Origin: Phoronis australis
Taxonomy: Eukaryota > Animalia > Phoronida
DNA: 64,000 nucleotides
Direction: 5' to 3'
NCBI GenBank assembly: GCA_002633005.1
Contig: NMRA01000008.1
Span: 502,985 to 566,984 of the forward strand
The notes under the pieces are model-generated. The model was not told the DNA's origin. It was given only the letters and a program-made list of their open reading frames with translations, and did no database searches. How positions within the stretch are numbered: position 1 is the first letter of the stretch; each line of letters begins with the position of its first letter. Both the position numbers and the translations under genes were made by a program. Of this stretch, positions 1-12,131 are shown one piece after another.

Positions 1-408
1 GGTTGGTTTGCTAGGGATGTACGTTTCTTTTCTGTTAAATTTTATTAAGAAGACATGGTCACGTGACCCAATTACCAGCAGATTGGTATCCAAATTCTAC
101 AGGCTTTCTTCTTTTAGATTTTTTTGTGAATAGAAATGTATGTATAGTCCCGATAAGTCGACATGGCCTTACATGACCTCAACATTTCCTTTCAATTAGA
201 CCACACAAACTTACCGACGAAGAATCTTCTAAAGGCACTTTCAGTGATTATCAAGTCTGGTTAAAATCACAAACCTCGACTAGAGCAAACCTAGTCCATT
301 TTAGAATTACACCAAAATCTTAACGTTAACTCGTGCTATTAATGTTTTCCTATTCGACCTTACAAAAAAATTTTAAATGGCGCAGTTTTCGGTGTTAATA
401 GATGGGTT

Positions 409-719
409 CGTATTCTATGTCCGTACCTTGGTGAACGTCACGTGATTATCTGTGAGTCTTTGGATATAAGCCATTGTGTTCAAGAACGGGTCATAAGAGC
501 GAGTGGAGACTGTATATATAGATGCATTTGGTATGTATATATTGTGATATCTGAAAGCAGTGGCAAATTCTGTATCAGCTGCCTGCGTGGGCTGTATTGT
601 CTTGAGAGCATGAGAATGGATTTTTATTAAAAGAAGATTTACATCTAAATTGTCTCGTTTGTGCTTTCACTGTCGAAGTGACATTTGTCCATAAACCCGC
701 GTTTCCCGTCAAGAATACA
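409..719 (+). mobile_element. Possible degenerate solo LTR
   Basis: Ends (c)GTATTCT...AGAATACA form a short terminal inverted repeat, with an internal TATATATA (~513) and ATTAAA (~626) in LTR order; no target-site duplication (TSD) seen. Confidence 0.3.
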
Positions 720-1853
720 ACTTTTTTATTTAAATCACTTGGCACACTATAAAGTTGGTCGAAATTACTTGTTCCTTTTTCATAGTTGAAATCGAAAGTT
801 GGTTTCTTTGGTGGGAAAACGGGTTTGTGGTCGCATTTCCAAATGTCTTTTAGACTGTTTTGTATTCCTACACATAATTATTAAAGCGGCCACCACTTAA
901 AAATTGAAGCGTGTGCGACTGATTGGACGCTCAAGTATCACTAAAGACTTGAAATCTCGGTGTCATTAGTTGCCAATTCCATTGAAAAGTCGCCAGCGTT
1001 TTTTTTTTCACAAATGGTAACATGTAACGAAGTAAAATACGGGAGTAAACATTCATTTTTGGACTTTGTCCATGCCATGTTTTAATATGGCGAATTGAAA
1101 TGCGTTCCCACTGCGTGAATAAACTAATACACGAGAGTTTTGTGTTGCATAAGTCGTTGGAAAAGAACTCTCATGATGAGACCATCCATACGGTTCAGAC
1201 GCAATGCAACATTTTGTCCAGGAGGTCCGATAAGGGACAAACCTGCATGCTTGACTTTCCTTCTGTACATGAATGTGAAAGACGACCGAACGGGGAACAG
1301 GTCCGGAACCGCCTCTTGATCCGCACTTTCGCCGGGTTCGTGGAAGCGGAAGACGAAGCGACTGGCTTCCCTGTGTGCAGTCTTCTGGCAATGAAGATGC
1401 TGCTTGGAGCCGTTGAAACACTCAAAAGGCGTCGCTTCTGGCCATCTTCAGTGGAAGTAAGCCAAGTGTAAAGCCGGTTTTGGCCTATTAACAGAGTCTG
1501 CTATTAAAAACGTGCGACTTACCCATCCAGTTCTCTGAAACAAAATAATGTTCTGCAAACCTCGACAACTCTCAAAAGTTTGAAAGAAATTTTAAAAAAT
1601 CCTTTCAAAGTCTGCAAAACGGGCAATAACCTACGCTTTTAGCGAATTACACGGCAACTGTGAGAAAAGACCACCATGCAACCAAAAACCGAGATGACTG
1701 TTTCTTGCCTTTGACGTGGAATATTGACGCAAATGATGCATTAGAAGGTAACAGAACGAGGACTGGTGGAAATCATCAAAACGGTGCTTCTTGCAAAGTA
1801 GGCCTATTCATTGTTTGCTAGTCCACTAAACCTACTAAGACAACTTTATGTTA

Positions 1854-2187
1854 AGCCGTATTTCATCCAGTTTCGCTGGCTAAAATCGAGAATCGAATTG
1901 GGCATTTTACTCTCACAAAATCGGTCTCATAATAATCCTTCACAGTGATGGGATTCCATTTCAGGTACAATCCCAAGTCAGAAGCACTGCAATATGTACA
2001 CACGCCATTTTCGAATTTTAGAGTTGGCCAACGGAAGCGTTATTCTTGAGTAGCTGAATTTCGATTGGTTGATAGCGGAAATATGCCGATCATCACCGAA
2101 AGGAATATCATAGGACCGATTTTGCGAAAGTAAAAAGGCCCGATTTGATTTTCCTTTTAAGCCACCATAACAGGGCTAAATGTAGCT
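1854..2187. mobile_element. Palindromic MITE, Kolobok-like (same family as 49722-50045)
   Basis: Imperfect ~80-bp inverted arms (1854-1932 vs 2110-2187), AGC...GCT termini, degenerate TTAA flanks; the arm aligns by eye with the element at 49722. Confidence 0.6.
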
Positions 2188-3872
2188 TTGAGTGTCAATA
2201 ATTGTGTAATACGAGAGCAAAATATGTTTAAAGCATGCTTTGTCTAGCATTTTTTGGACTTTGGTCATGGCTTGCCCTAACCAACGGTACTTTACAAATG
2301 ATGAATTCTAATCCCAATTCGTAAATAACCGAAAGACTAATAGCCTAGATTTTTAGAAGTTTACTCCCGCGGTGTTGTTACGTCAACGACGACTCGCTTA
2401 TTATACGACACCGCTCATAAACTATAGATTACGACAGCGAATTGAAGTTTTCATTTCTGTGGAGGTAGTATGCCGGAAGCAAAATTTCCTTAGCCCTTCA
2501 GGGTATAACACACGAACTATTTATTTGTTTATTTGTTATAGTGATGTGGATTTACGTGTAAAAAGAGATAACTACATAAACAAGAATATAAGACCATAAG
2601 ACCAATGTGAACACTTCTCCGTCACGTGATCTTACATTGTATGTCACCTAATTAACATTTTTGTAAGGTAGCCAATACAGTATGATAATAACGATTGTTT
2701 TCTAGTTTCCTATGAGCGAGATTTATCAAATTTCCTGATTCATATATCAATGATAATTAAACATGCCCGCGAGGGTAGTACGTACTAGTGTTGACTTGTG
2801 TAGGCCTAAATCAATGGCCAAACCCTAGTCTCGGTACAGGATTCCCGGTGGTTTTTGAAGGTGGGAGTTCAGCTTGAATGTGGATTACCAACACATTAAA
2901 TCAACACTAACTATTTGTACTAACAAAAATCACCGCAATTACATGCATACAACTGCACGCCCAAACTTTAGACCCCTGATAACACGGGGATAAAACGGGC
3001 ATAAGAAATTTTGTGATTGCCTTGCAAATCAACCATTTGATCAGCCATCATTAATTGGAGCTCTTTTCTTGTAGTGTGTTAGCCAATGAAGAACTCGTTA
3101 TTCCAGACTTCCAATGCAACTAGTTTTTCCATCGATAATTTTCAATTAGTGTCAAGCGTGACCATTCTATCTCGCTGCAGTTTGCTACTTGACTGTCGGG
3201 AGTGCCGGAAAGTCAAGACTTAGAATGATACTAATAAATTTTAATTGATATTGATGAGTTTTAACTCGCTAAAAAATTACAACTCGTCGTTTTTGAAACA
3301 TTTTTATCTAAAGAGGTGTCATTCTTTGAAAAAATCTGAAAACGACGACCTAGTGGTTGCAATAATGCTGAACATTCGTATTTGTCTAGTCTCTTGTACT
3401 CGTTAACTGATCATTTTGTGTGGCAAGACGGACTGAACGTTTTGGTGAACGTAGGCTGACAAATTATGAACAGGAAAAAGTTGTGTTTTTTTCTGAGTAT
3501 CGCTTTCTATCATAAAAGAATGAAAAGGTACTCAAGACAAAAACCCTCTCAATCACATAGCAAGCTAGTCTATTTTGACGTTCATCCAAAGTAAACGAAA
3601 TCGCGAACAAAATATTTATTCCACCCAAATTATAAATTGACGGCAGTGGTCGTCACGTTGTCCACCCGAACTTTGAACTCTGCAAGCGAAGGTGCCAATC
3701 TAATTTTTTGGCAGAATTCCATCGGCCGTAGACGGCCTCTCTCTCTCTCTCTCTCGAAACCGAAGAGCTATGCTGTGAAAATCGCCAACATTTAAGAGAA
3801 GTACACTCCAAATGTAATGTAGGGTAAAGAACTGTTACGAAAATTGAATCGACAATTTTAGAACAAACATAG

Positions 3873-4018
3873 CAAGGCCCAGTTTCATGAAAGTTATTCG
3901 CAGGACAGCAACACCGGTGTCGCATTATCACGCGTCACATTGCTATTGTTGAACAATTATTGACGTCATGCAACAATGAAACTTATCCAGCCGAGAAGTT
4001 TGAAGTCATGTGCAGCCC
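3873..4018 (+). mobile_element. Short MITE, Harbinger-like (same family as 61101-61256)
   Basis: Shares GGCCCAGTT..CAT, GTCGCATTATCACGCGTCAC, TGACGTCATGCAACAAT and AACTTATCCAGC blocks with 61101-61256. Confidence 0.65.
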
Positions 4019-4022
4019 ACAT

Positions 4023-4421
4023 ATTTTTTTCTTTCTGTTTGTTTCGTTACATACAACAAAACTTCGAGCGATAGACAGGTGTCTGTCGTCAGGTACAAGA
4101 AAGAGGGTTATGCGCGCGAGTTACTAAGGACCGATAGAAATAACAGAGCCCCAGAAACTATGTTTATATCAGATTTGTCCTACTCTCTTATGTTTTTGCA
4201 TGATCTGGAGTGTTTTTGGAGCTGTGAGGTAGATCTTTGTAAAAATGGTATACTATGCCATGTAAGCTGTGGGTAAGGAAAAAGTTGCGCGTTTGTGTAT
4301 GTGGTCTCGGTTAGGAGTAACACTGCGTGGACCTATCCCTCTTTGGTGTACCTCATTGTAGACACCCATCTTTCGCTTGGAGTTTTGTTGTGTATCACGA
4401 AACAAATAGAAAGAAAAAAAT
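4023..4421. mobile_element. Old foldback/MITE-like element
   Basis: Imperfect ~100-bp inverted arms 4024-4125 vs 4317-4420 (TTTCTTTCTGTTTGTTTCGT...ACAACAAAACT / AGTTTTGTTGT...ACGAAACAAATAGAAAGAAA). Confidence 0.6.
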
Positions 4422-5121
4422 CAACACTGCGTGCCTATGTGATGACTGGTGAGCGTACGAGATGTTGACTGTCTTTTATCTAAAGATAATGTGTGTAATT
4501 TATTCACGTAGGAGTGGATAGACCATTGGTTGATGCACAGAACAACAGGGACAGAAAAAACAAGGGCAGGCAATCAGCAACACTCACGCGGAACCAAAAT
4601 TGAGTAAAGCATGATTTAACCATTTAAATGTGTATTATCGTTCCATAAATACAATATAAACAACACGATGCGATGCGATTCAATATATACAAACAAAAAT
4701 TATAAATATATCAATTTTATACAACACACTATGATTGGAAGTTATACATTTTTTGTGGAAAATGACCAAAAATGTCGCCTATTTTAGAAAACCTAATATG
4801 AACTTGAATAATGATTGACTAGACATATGAACAACACACAGTATTAGGAATATTTTCGATGTCTCCATAATGTCTGACACCTGCCAATGAACACCTTATG
4901 TTCACACTACTGCACAAGATAAAATGTTGTGAATTCAAAAATTTTCTGACAGGTTTGACGTAAATTTAACCACAAGGATCCGCTTCAATAAAAATAACGC
5001 ATAAAATAAACGCGTGGGATGCAAACCATTTCACGTTTGAGAGATCAGATCTTGACAGTTTTTCGGTTGAGCACAATGATCGAGAGTAAAAAATACACAA
5101 TGTGTAACACACCAATTCGGT

Positions 5122-6210
5122 TCATAACAAAAGTCTTTGGTTACACATCGGACAGCTCGGTTTTTTTCTTAGACATTCTTTCAAACATTTACCGTGGAAA
5201 ATGTGATTGCATTCCGTTACCCTACCGCTGTTCATAGCCCCGAGGCAAATGGCACACACGTCGTTAAGAGATTTGAGTTCCGTCTGAGAGGCTTGGCGAA
5301 ACGCCGATAGACAGAGTGACTCGCATTTAATTTTTAACAAAACATTATTTTTAAAGTTCTGAACCGGTTGATACAAACAAATATACAGTGCAGGAATAAC
5401 GGACCAATGGAAATTAACAAACGATAAATAAGAAATGACAACAAAACTGAGAACGCTCTCTATAAGAAGCAAAAGTCCTTCCATGTAACAGATTTCAAGT
5501 CCTTCCATGAAGTCAATTTGCAGCGATTCAATGATACTTTTTGTGAACGAATTGAGAATGTCCTCTGATAGCAGAAAATATGATAAAGACAATGCTGTCA
5601 TTGCAGGTTCGTTGTAGTATATGGTGGTTGCCATGGCTGCGGCGGCTAGAAACCTTTCTGCCTTTTTGCTGAAATTTGAAGTGTCGGAGTCGTCGTCTGC
5701 CGTCGTTTCTATACTGTGACAAGACACGGGTTTATTATGGGCCACGAAGCTATTGTCAGCCTCAGAGACGCATTCGCGGGTCACATTAGCCAGGAGTCGG
5801 TAACTGAGAAGAGTGCAAAACCACTCCAACCCAGTGATGGCCGTGTTGACGACGAACATTTGCTGAATCAGCAAGAAAAAGAGTCCCTGTTTCAACCATC
5901 TGGGCACGCTCTGCGCTTTCTCTTTTACGTTGTTGAAATGCTCGTCTTTCAGCTCAAGTAAATTGACTTTCAGCGAGAAGAGCACGGAGATCGGACTCCA
6001 GACGAGCTGGAACACGAACGCCACGACGTCGATGGAAGCCTCCAGCGAAACGTACGAAATGGCGATGGCTGCCAAGAGGACACCGTTGAGCGCCAACAGC
6101 GGATAGAGAACGAACCAGCTCACGTGCACAGACGAGTAGGGAAGGAGGACAGCCAACATTGCTAGACACACTGAAACGATAAAAAGCAGAAGACTTAAGG
6201 ATTGCTGCAT
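5122..6210 (-). CDS. Multi-pass membrane RING-H2 E3 ubiquitin ligase, TRC8/RNF139/RNF145-like (362 aa, single ORF)
   Basis: Several hydrophobic segments followed by FRQASQTELKSLNDVCAIC...GRVTECNHIFHGKC...CPMC (C3H2C3 RING-H2) at the C-terminus, the layout of TRC8/RNF145-family ligases. Confidence 0.85.
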   Translation of the reverse strand: MQQSLSLLLFIVSVCLAMLAVLLPYSSVHVSWFVLYPLLALNGVLLAAIAISYVSLEASIDVVAFVFQLVWSPISVLFSLKVNLLELKDEHFNNVKEKAQSVPRWLKQGLFFLLIQQMFVVNTAITGLEWFCTLLSYRLLANVTRECVSEADNSFVAHNKPVSCHSIETTADDDSDTSNFSKKAERFLAAAAMATTIYYNEPAMTALSLSYFLLSEDILNSFTKSIIESLQIDFMEGLEICYMEGLLLLIESVLSFVVISYLSFVNFHWSVIPALYICLYQPVQNFKNNVLLKIKCESLCLSAFRQASQTELKSLNDVCAICLGAMNSGRVTECNHIFHGKCLKECLRKKPSCPMCNQRLLL

Positions 6211-9200
6211 TGCCAGTTAAATATGGGAAGTTGACACGCATACAATAAAATGAAAAAGCCATATAAAACGTTATATGGTCCCGTTAGTTTGCGTCAAAGA
6301 GTGGAAATAATATTTCAAGCACATTAACAAGATCCAAACCGCGGCTGAGAGACATTTTGTAATAATCATGCAATAGTCACGCACACAGTCAATCGCCACC
6401 AAAATGAGTGAAAACGTGCTGCACATAATAACAAAAATATTTACCATGAGTTACAATAGCGTCATTAGACGGCATAAAATAGTCTGGCTTGATCGACTTC
6501 AACGAATAAAATTCTTGTCGAAACATCTTTCGCTTTCACGCACTTTAGAATATACGTTAATACTTCCTCTGTTGCTCAGTGAATATTTCTACAATCCGCT
6601 GAACGAGCTGATATTTATATCTTCCGCGAGCTAACGTATGACGTCAATCGGGGAGTCGCTCAAAACATACTAGCCAACATCCGGTGAATCGTTCGAGATT
6701 ATTCGAGCGCTTGGCAAACATCACCACTTGGTACTGAGACAGTTTGCAACAGGTGTTTGTTAATGATGCCATCTGCAGAAACGCCATGATACAGTTGCGC
6801 TTCTAAATTTCAAACACATGCCGTCACAGATCCACATTTGGACTGGGAAAAAATTGCCAAGGAAACGACAAACAACAGACTTTTTCAATGACAAATTGTT
6901 ATTGTTTTCTCACTTATATAGTTGTTAGCAGATTTTTTAAACCGCGTTATCTGTTTTGAAAACAGTAATAGCTCAACCGCGTTATTTGTTTTTCATGTAG
7001 GTGGAAATTCGAAACCAGAATGAGTGTTACATCTCAGATAAGTCACTGTTACTTGTAAAATATCTACTTCTGTACACCACTGTAGACTGGCCAAGTTGAT
7101 GGTGCTCAAGTAAACACACGTTGCCAAGGCTTGTGGCTATGGAAACGTTGCAGTTTCGTGTGAAAATAACAATTGCTGTCAATAGTGAACTGCAGAACGG
7201 ATAGCATGGGCAAGGATTTTTAACATGTAGATTTATCCTGAGTGTTTTTAGGTAGACAAGCATAGAATAGTACTTTACGAAAGGAATGCTGTTGCCTGTT
7301 CCAATCAATCGCTAAGACCACGAAGGCACATTGAAAATTTGCAAAAAATGTCTGAATGACTAGACGTCTCACGATGAAAAACTGACGTGAAAAGGAAAGT
7401 AACTGACGTCATTTGTAACTTAAGGTCGATAACGAGAATACCAGTTTACTTTTGCCTGGATTATTTTCACTTTTAGCAATAAATGTTGTACTTACAACTA
7501 CGTCATCTGGCGACCAGAGAAAAACTATTATATCGGACCCAGTTTTGTAAAGAACCCTACTTCAAATACATTAGAAAAAATTCTGTTCTTACATTTCATG
7601 ATTTCACTGAAGAGTTACATTCACGCTTGCCTGGATGTATTTAACAAATTGCAATGACACCCGGATGTGCTACTTCAATGTATGTGTGGTATATCACTTT
7701 AGGAATACTTGCTTGCAAATAAATCAAGAAATAGCAAGGCCAACGGAATACTATCTCACAAAAACAAATTCCTAAAACTGGATTCAGCTTCACTTCGCAT
7801 TTTAACTTTGGCTTCAGCTGCGACAGTTTAGTCGTCATAGAAGTTGAAATTTATTTTGTTTCATCACACTTCGTCAACCACAACATGGATCTAGGGGAAT
7901 CATTCCAGGAGTTCCAAGACCACAACAACAACAACTCAACGTGGTAGCCGATGACGTCAGACCTAGATACGTCGCAATGTGATTGGTTAAAACAGACACA
8001 CCTTCCAAAGCGGTTCGCTTCATTGAAAATGACCACAACAAACTTTTTGGTAACGGGCCAATTTTCATCATCAAACTGGAGTATTTTTTTTCTGTCAGAA
8101 TGCGAGTAGCCGGGGCATGTGGCGAAACTGCCACTACACCACCAACGATTGCATCAGATGGTGACGTCCGAGTTTACGTTTCCGGGGTCAGCAGCGGGGA
8201 ACACCGAAAGAGTTGTGTTTTAGTTAAAAGCAAAATACATACGATAACAGAAATATCTGTTAGATTTCGTGTTGAAAAGCATGGTGCACAGAGAACGTCA
8301 GGGGTCATGTGATAAATCATTAACCAACCAAGTCAAGGTATGAACCTAGGCACTGGCGGATCCAGGATGTATAAATTAAGGGAGGAGGGGGCAGTCACAA
8401 CGCAAGCCCTATAAACGGCATGCTGACGTTTTGGTTTTTGAATGGGCATAACAAAATTCGAAAAATCGGCATTACCTCCAAACGATAGTGCGGGATTCAG
8501 TTGCTAGGAAATGTCGCACACCGCTAGAATCAAACGACGTACAGAGCGACACATTGCGACACCATAGCGATCGAGGATGTACTATAGTACATATTAACTG
8601 TGACTGGACGTTCTAGCTGCGCGAGTGACAAAATCAATTTTGGGTGACACCGACTGACTTTAATTAGTCGTATAGCAGTCGGTCTTGCACAAGATCACCA
8701 CGACCTTCAATATTCTTTATATGACAGGGTACGTAACCTGTCACATCCTGCGTCAATTTCTCATGTTATTTCTGGGTTCAAAATCAAAGTGAAAATTTTC
8801 CAGCATTCGTATGGTCGCCCACCTCTTGACATTTTAGCGATTCGTGATTGTCAGCTTTGACATTTCATTCAACTTACGGTTTCAGACAAAGAGCACGTTT
8901 TCACACACATCCAGTTATAGCCACCTCCACGCGTCATTGGTGACATTTTGCAAAGATTTAGACTAAACTTACCTGGTATTGACGTAAATCTGTCACACGC
9001 AGACGACATCGCACTTTTTTGTAGCCACGGACCAACACGCACTGCTAACAAATCTTCGCCAGCTGGCGTGTAATTTTTAGAGCACATGCTTTACCGGTAT
9101 TGCACCGCTTGAAACTCGTACAATACACAATATATATACCGTCAAATCAAATTTTTGTTCTGGGCATCAGTATTTAGACGGGGCTCTTTTATAACGCTGT

Positions 9201-10566
9201 GACACAACGCAACTTTCCTGAGTGACGTCACTACCTCATTTCAGTTTCGACTGAGCGCATCTGAGTACGTGTTTGTCAATAAGATAGCCTCCCACACAAG
9301 GGTTGTTTGTGAGCTACGGACAGTGAACAGATATTCGAAAACAATCAAACAACGAGCAGAAAAAAATATTAAGCCGACGGTTGTCATCTTGCTTAAAATA
9401 GAGCTAGTATTGACAATACCTATACCGTCTCTTAAACGCTCTGGTTATTTTAAATTGGTTTCTCGGCTGGCTGCCATCATCAACATAAAGAAACAGAACA
9501 TCAAAGTCGTGATGTATGACACGTAAAAGCGTACACGGGGAAAGTCGAAAGGATATTTTCCACGAGAATGAACGAGAACATAAAACTATTGTTTTGTTGC
9601 GTTGTTCTGGGAGCAGTTGGAGGCGGAGCGCACGAGTTTTGGAAGCTCTTAACCCGATCAGATTCGTTCAAAGTTTTATGTAGTAATTTGTGCAATCCCT
9701 TTATTATCGATGATTAAATGAAAAAGGAATACGATTGGATCATTTGGGACTCACGTCCAACGTTAGCTTTTCTAATCCGACAAACACTAAACGTACTGTA
9801 CACGGTTTGTCACGACAGAGCTAAATCTGCCTTGTGCAAAACATCCGATCATTGGACATAAAAGATGTACATGGTCCTTACTTAAGAACTGTGTTATCTT
9901 TTATACTGGCTTTCCATACTCACTATAACCACAAAAGTTGTGACAAACTGCACCGGATTTGCTCTTCTGTCCGAAGACAATCTTTCGCTTGAGGGTATTA
10001 TTTTCTAGGCGATCAGGGCTCCTGTGTTATGTAATTGAATGAAAAGCGGTCGTTCACCCTTCACAATATTTCCTCGTTTTCGTGGGCTGGAGATGATCAG
10101 GGGACGAAAGGTCGCGAATGCCTTTTTGAAATTATCAGACGAAAAGAGTGCATGCAAGCAAAAATCCAAAAACTCGCCGCGCTTTGAAAACGTAGTTGTT
10201 TCATTATGTCTCGTCGCACGGAAGTTGCTTGAATTAATTGACTTTGTACCCGGAACGGACGTTGCATTGTCGAAAGAAATGTCGTGGTGTCACTGAGGGC
10301 AAAATAGGTTTTTTACTCGTCCTACAATCAAACGGATAACCTTATTCATGAAAACTGTTATCCGGTAAAGCTTGCAAATGACCTCCAGCACCGTATGCTT
10401 TGAGCTAAACATCTCGTTTAGATTATTACGATGATTTAGAGCGGTTGAGTGTTTACAACTGTCAATTACAACCGGCAGATGCGTTGAGGAAATAAAACTA
10501 CGATTCAAAACACGTTCGCTCGTGATGATACTTTCGTGTTAGCGATTTGTATATGCAATTGAGGTA

Positions 10567-10802
10567 ATCCTACAACTGAGCACTGGCTGATCCTACAACT
10601 GAGCACTGGCTGATCCTACAACTGAGCACTGGCTGATCCTACAACTGAGCACTGGCTGATCCTACAACTGTGCATGCACTGGCTGATCCTACGAGCACTG
10701 GCTAATCCTACGAGCGCTGGCTGATCCTACAACTGAGCACTGGCTGATCCTACAACTGAGCACTGGCTGATCCTACCACTGAGCGCTGGCTGATCCTACA
10801 AT
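10567..10802. repeat. 23-bp minisatellite (ATCCTACAACTGAGCACTGGCTG), ~10 copies
   Basis: Head-to-tail copies with no spacers; a few carry 4-nt indels. Confidence 0.95.
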
Positions 10803-10844
10803 TGAAACTGTACGTTGTGGGTATAAAGCGGGTACGTTGTTTAA

Positions 10845-11678
10845 GGCAGGTGGATACAGATAAAATTAATTTTGACTGTTTTTTTACATTTTTATATCAT
10901 CCTAATCTTTAATTCTTGATGCACAGTATAGCGAAGAAAAATAAAATCATTCCGAAAATCCAAATTTTGTTTTTTAATTATATTTGACCAAGCTCCAGTA
11001 AGTCATATGGCTTGACTGCTCACCAGCTCAGTGACTGACAAGTGGGGCGGAGCTTATGCAAGGACAGTTGTCTAGCTCTAATCTAATCCTGTCAACAAAC
11101 ATTGCGTAAAACTCCAGTTGTTGTAGCGAGACCAAGAATAAAATAATTCTGTTTTTGACCATGTGAAAGTTGGTGGTGAAATGGTGAACTCCTGTGATTT
11201 CAGGATAGTGACAAGATTCGCGGGCCTATTTTTCCGCAACACGTGGGTCAATTTTTACGAAATTTGCAAATTTGAAATCCTCTAGGACTGAAGAAAAATC
11301 GCGTGCCGGGGTTTTTTGATTTTTAGTTATTGGACGGAAAGTGACCAAATGACAGAAAGTGGCGTGCTTGCCACAACTCACACGCAAAAATGCCACAAAA
11401 TCAAGATCATATATGATTTTGTACATATATTTGGTATGGATATGTAGAATATTGCGTAAGGACACAGTTGATGATAATACCTGTGTATTTTGAAAAAAAA
11501 TCGAGACAAAATTGGATTTTTTGAAAATTAAAAAATACGATATTTAAAAAAAAACTAAGTACAATAAAAAACTTTTTTCAATTTTTGTCACTTTCAGAGT
11601 CATGTCTAACTAGTTAAAACCCCTTTTATACTTATTTTAGATAGGAACCTGGAGATTTGACCAGTGTATACTTCCCCC
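10845..11678. mobile_element. Possible Kolobok-like non-autonomous element
   Basis: TTAA on both sides with weak TIRs (GGCAGGTGGATACAG vs reverse complement GGGGGAAGTATACAC); AT-rich non-coding interior. Confidence 0.35.
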
Positions 11679-12066
11679 TTAAACGTTGCTTGATTGTTCT
11701 AGTTAAATCGTACCACAATGTACCGCAATGCCTGGATTCGGGTAAACTTATGTCTTTTGACAGATGAATCAAGATATGAAATTCATTGTACACATCTACG
11801 TATGGGCACTGAAGAAGACTATATTTACCAGCGCTTGACCGGCTATCTTCAGTATAAGAACTGGTCCAGTACTCGATCTAGTCGTAGTCACCAGCACCAC
11901 CATATTTGGTTTCAATGTTTTGTGAAATCGTCTATTTCGGTTTTCTAATGTGGACCGTTAGCGTTCCTGCCTATTGACACACGACAAAATTATGGATTGC
12001 GAAGATCAGAGTTCATTACTTCAACATTCACCACAGATTACATACAATCCAGTTCAGTGGCCGGAT

Positions 12067-12131
12067 TTGGGATTTCGTCTTGACCTAATTAACGCAGTCA
12101 GCGCTAATTAGGTCAAGTCCAAATCGCCAAC
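12067..12131. repeat. Short hairpin / inverted repeat
   Basis: CTTGACCTAATTA...TAATTAGGTCAAG perfect 13-bp stem extended by weaker pairing (TTGGGATTT/AAATCGCCAA). Confidence 0.7.

Noticed and set aside
5528-6262. Short ORFs overlapping the RING gene
   Set aside because: Shadow frames of the real CDS.
7851-8312. Overlapping ORFs on both strands, including a plus frame broken by one TGA (possible selenocysteine or readthrough)
   Set aside because: No recognisable domain, SECIS or convincing splice structure; cannot be told from chance.
10567-10802. CRISPR-like array
   Set aside because: The repeats are contiguous with no unique spacers, there are no cas genes, and the context is eukaryotic.
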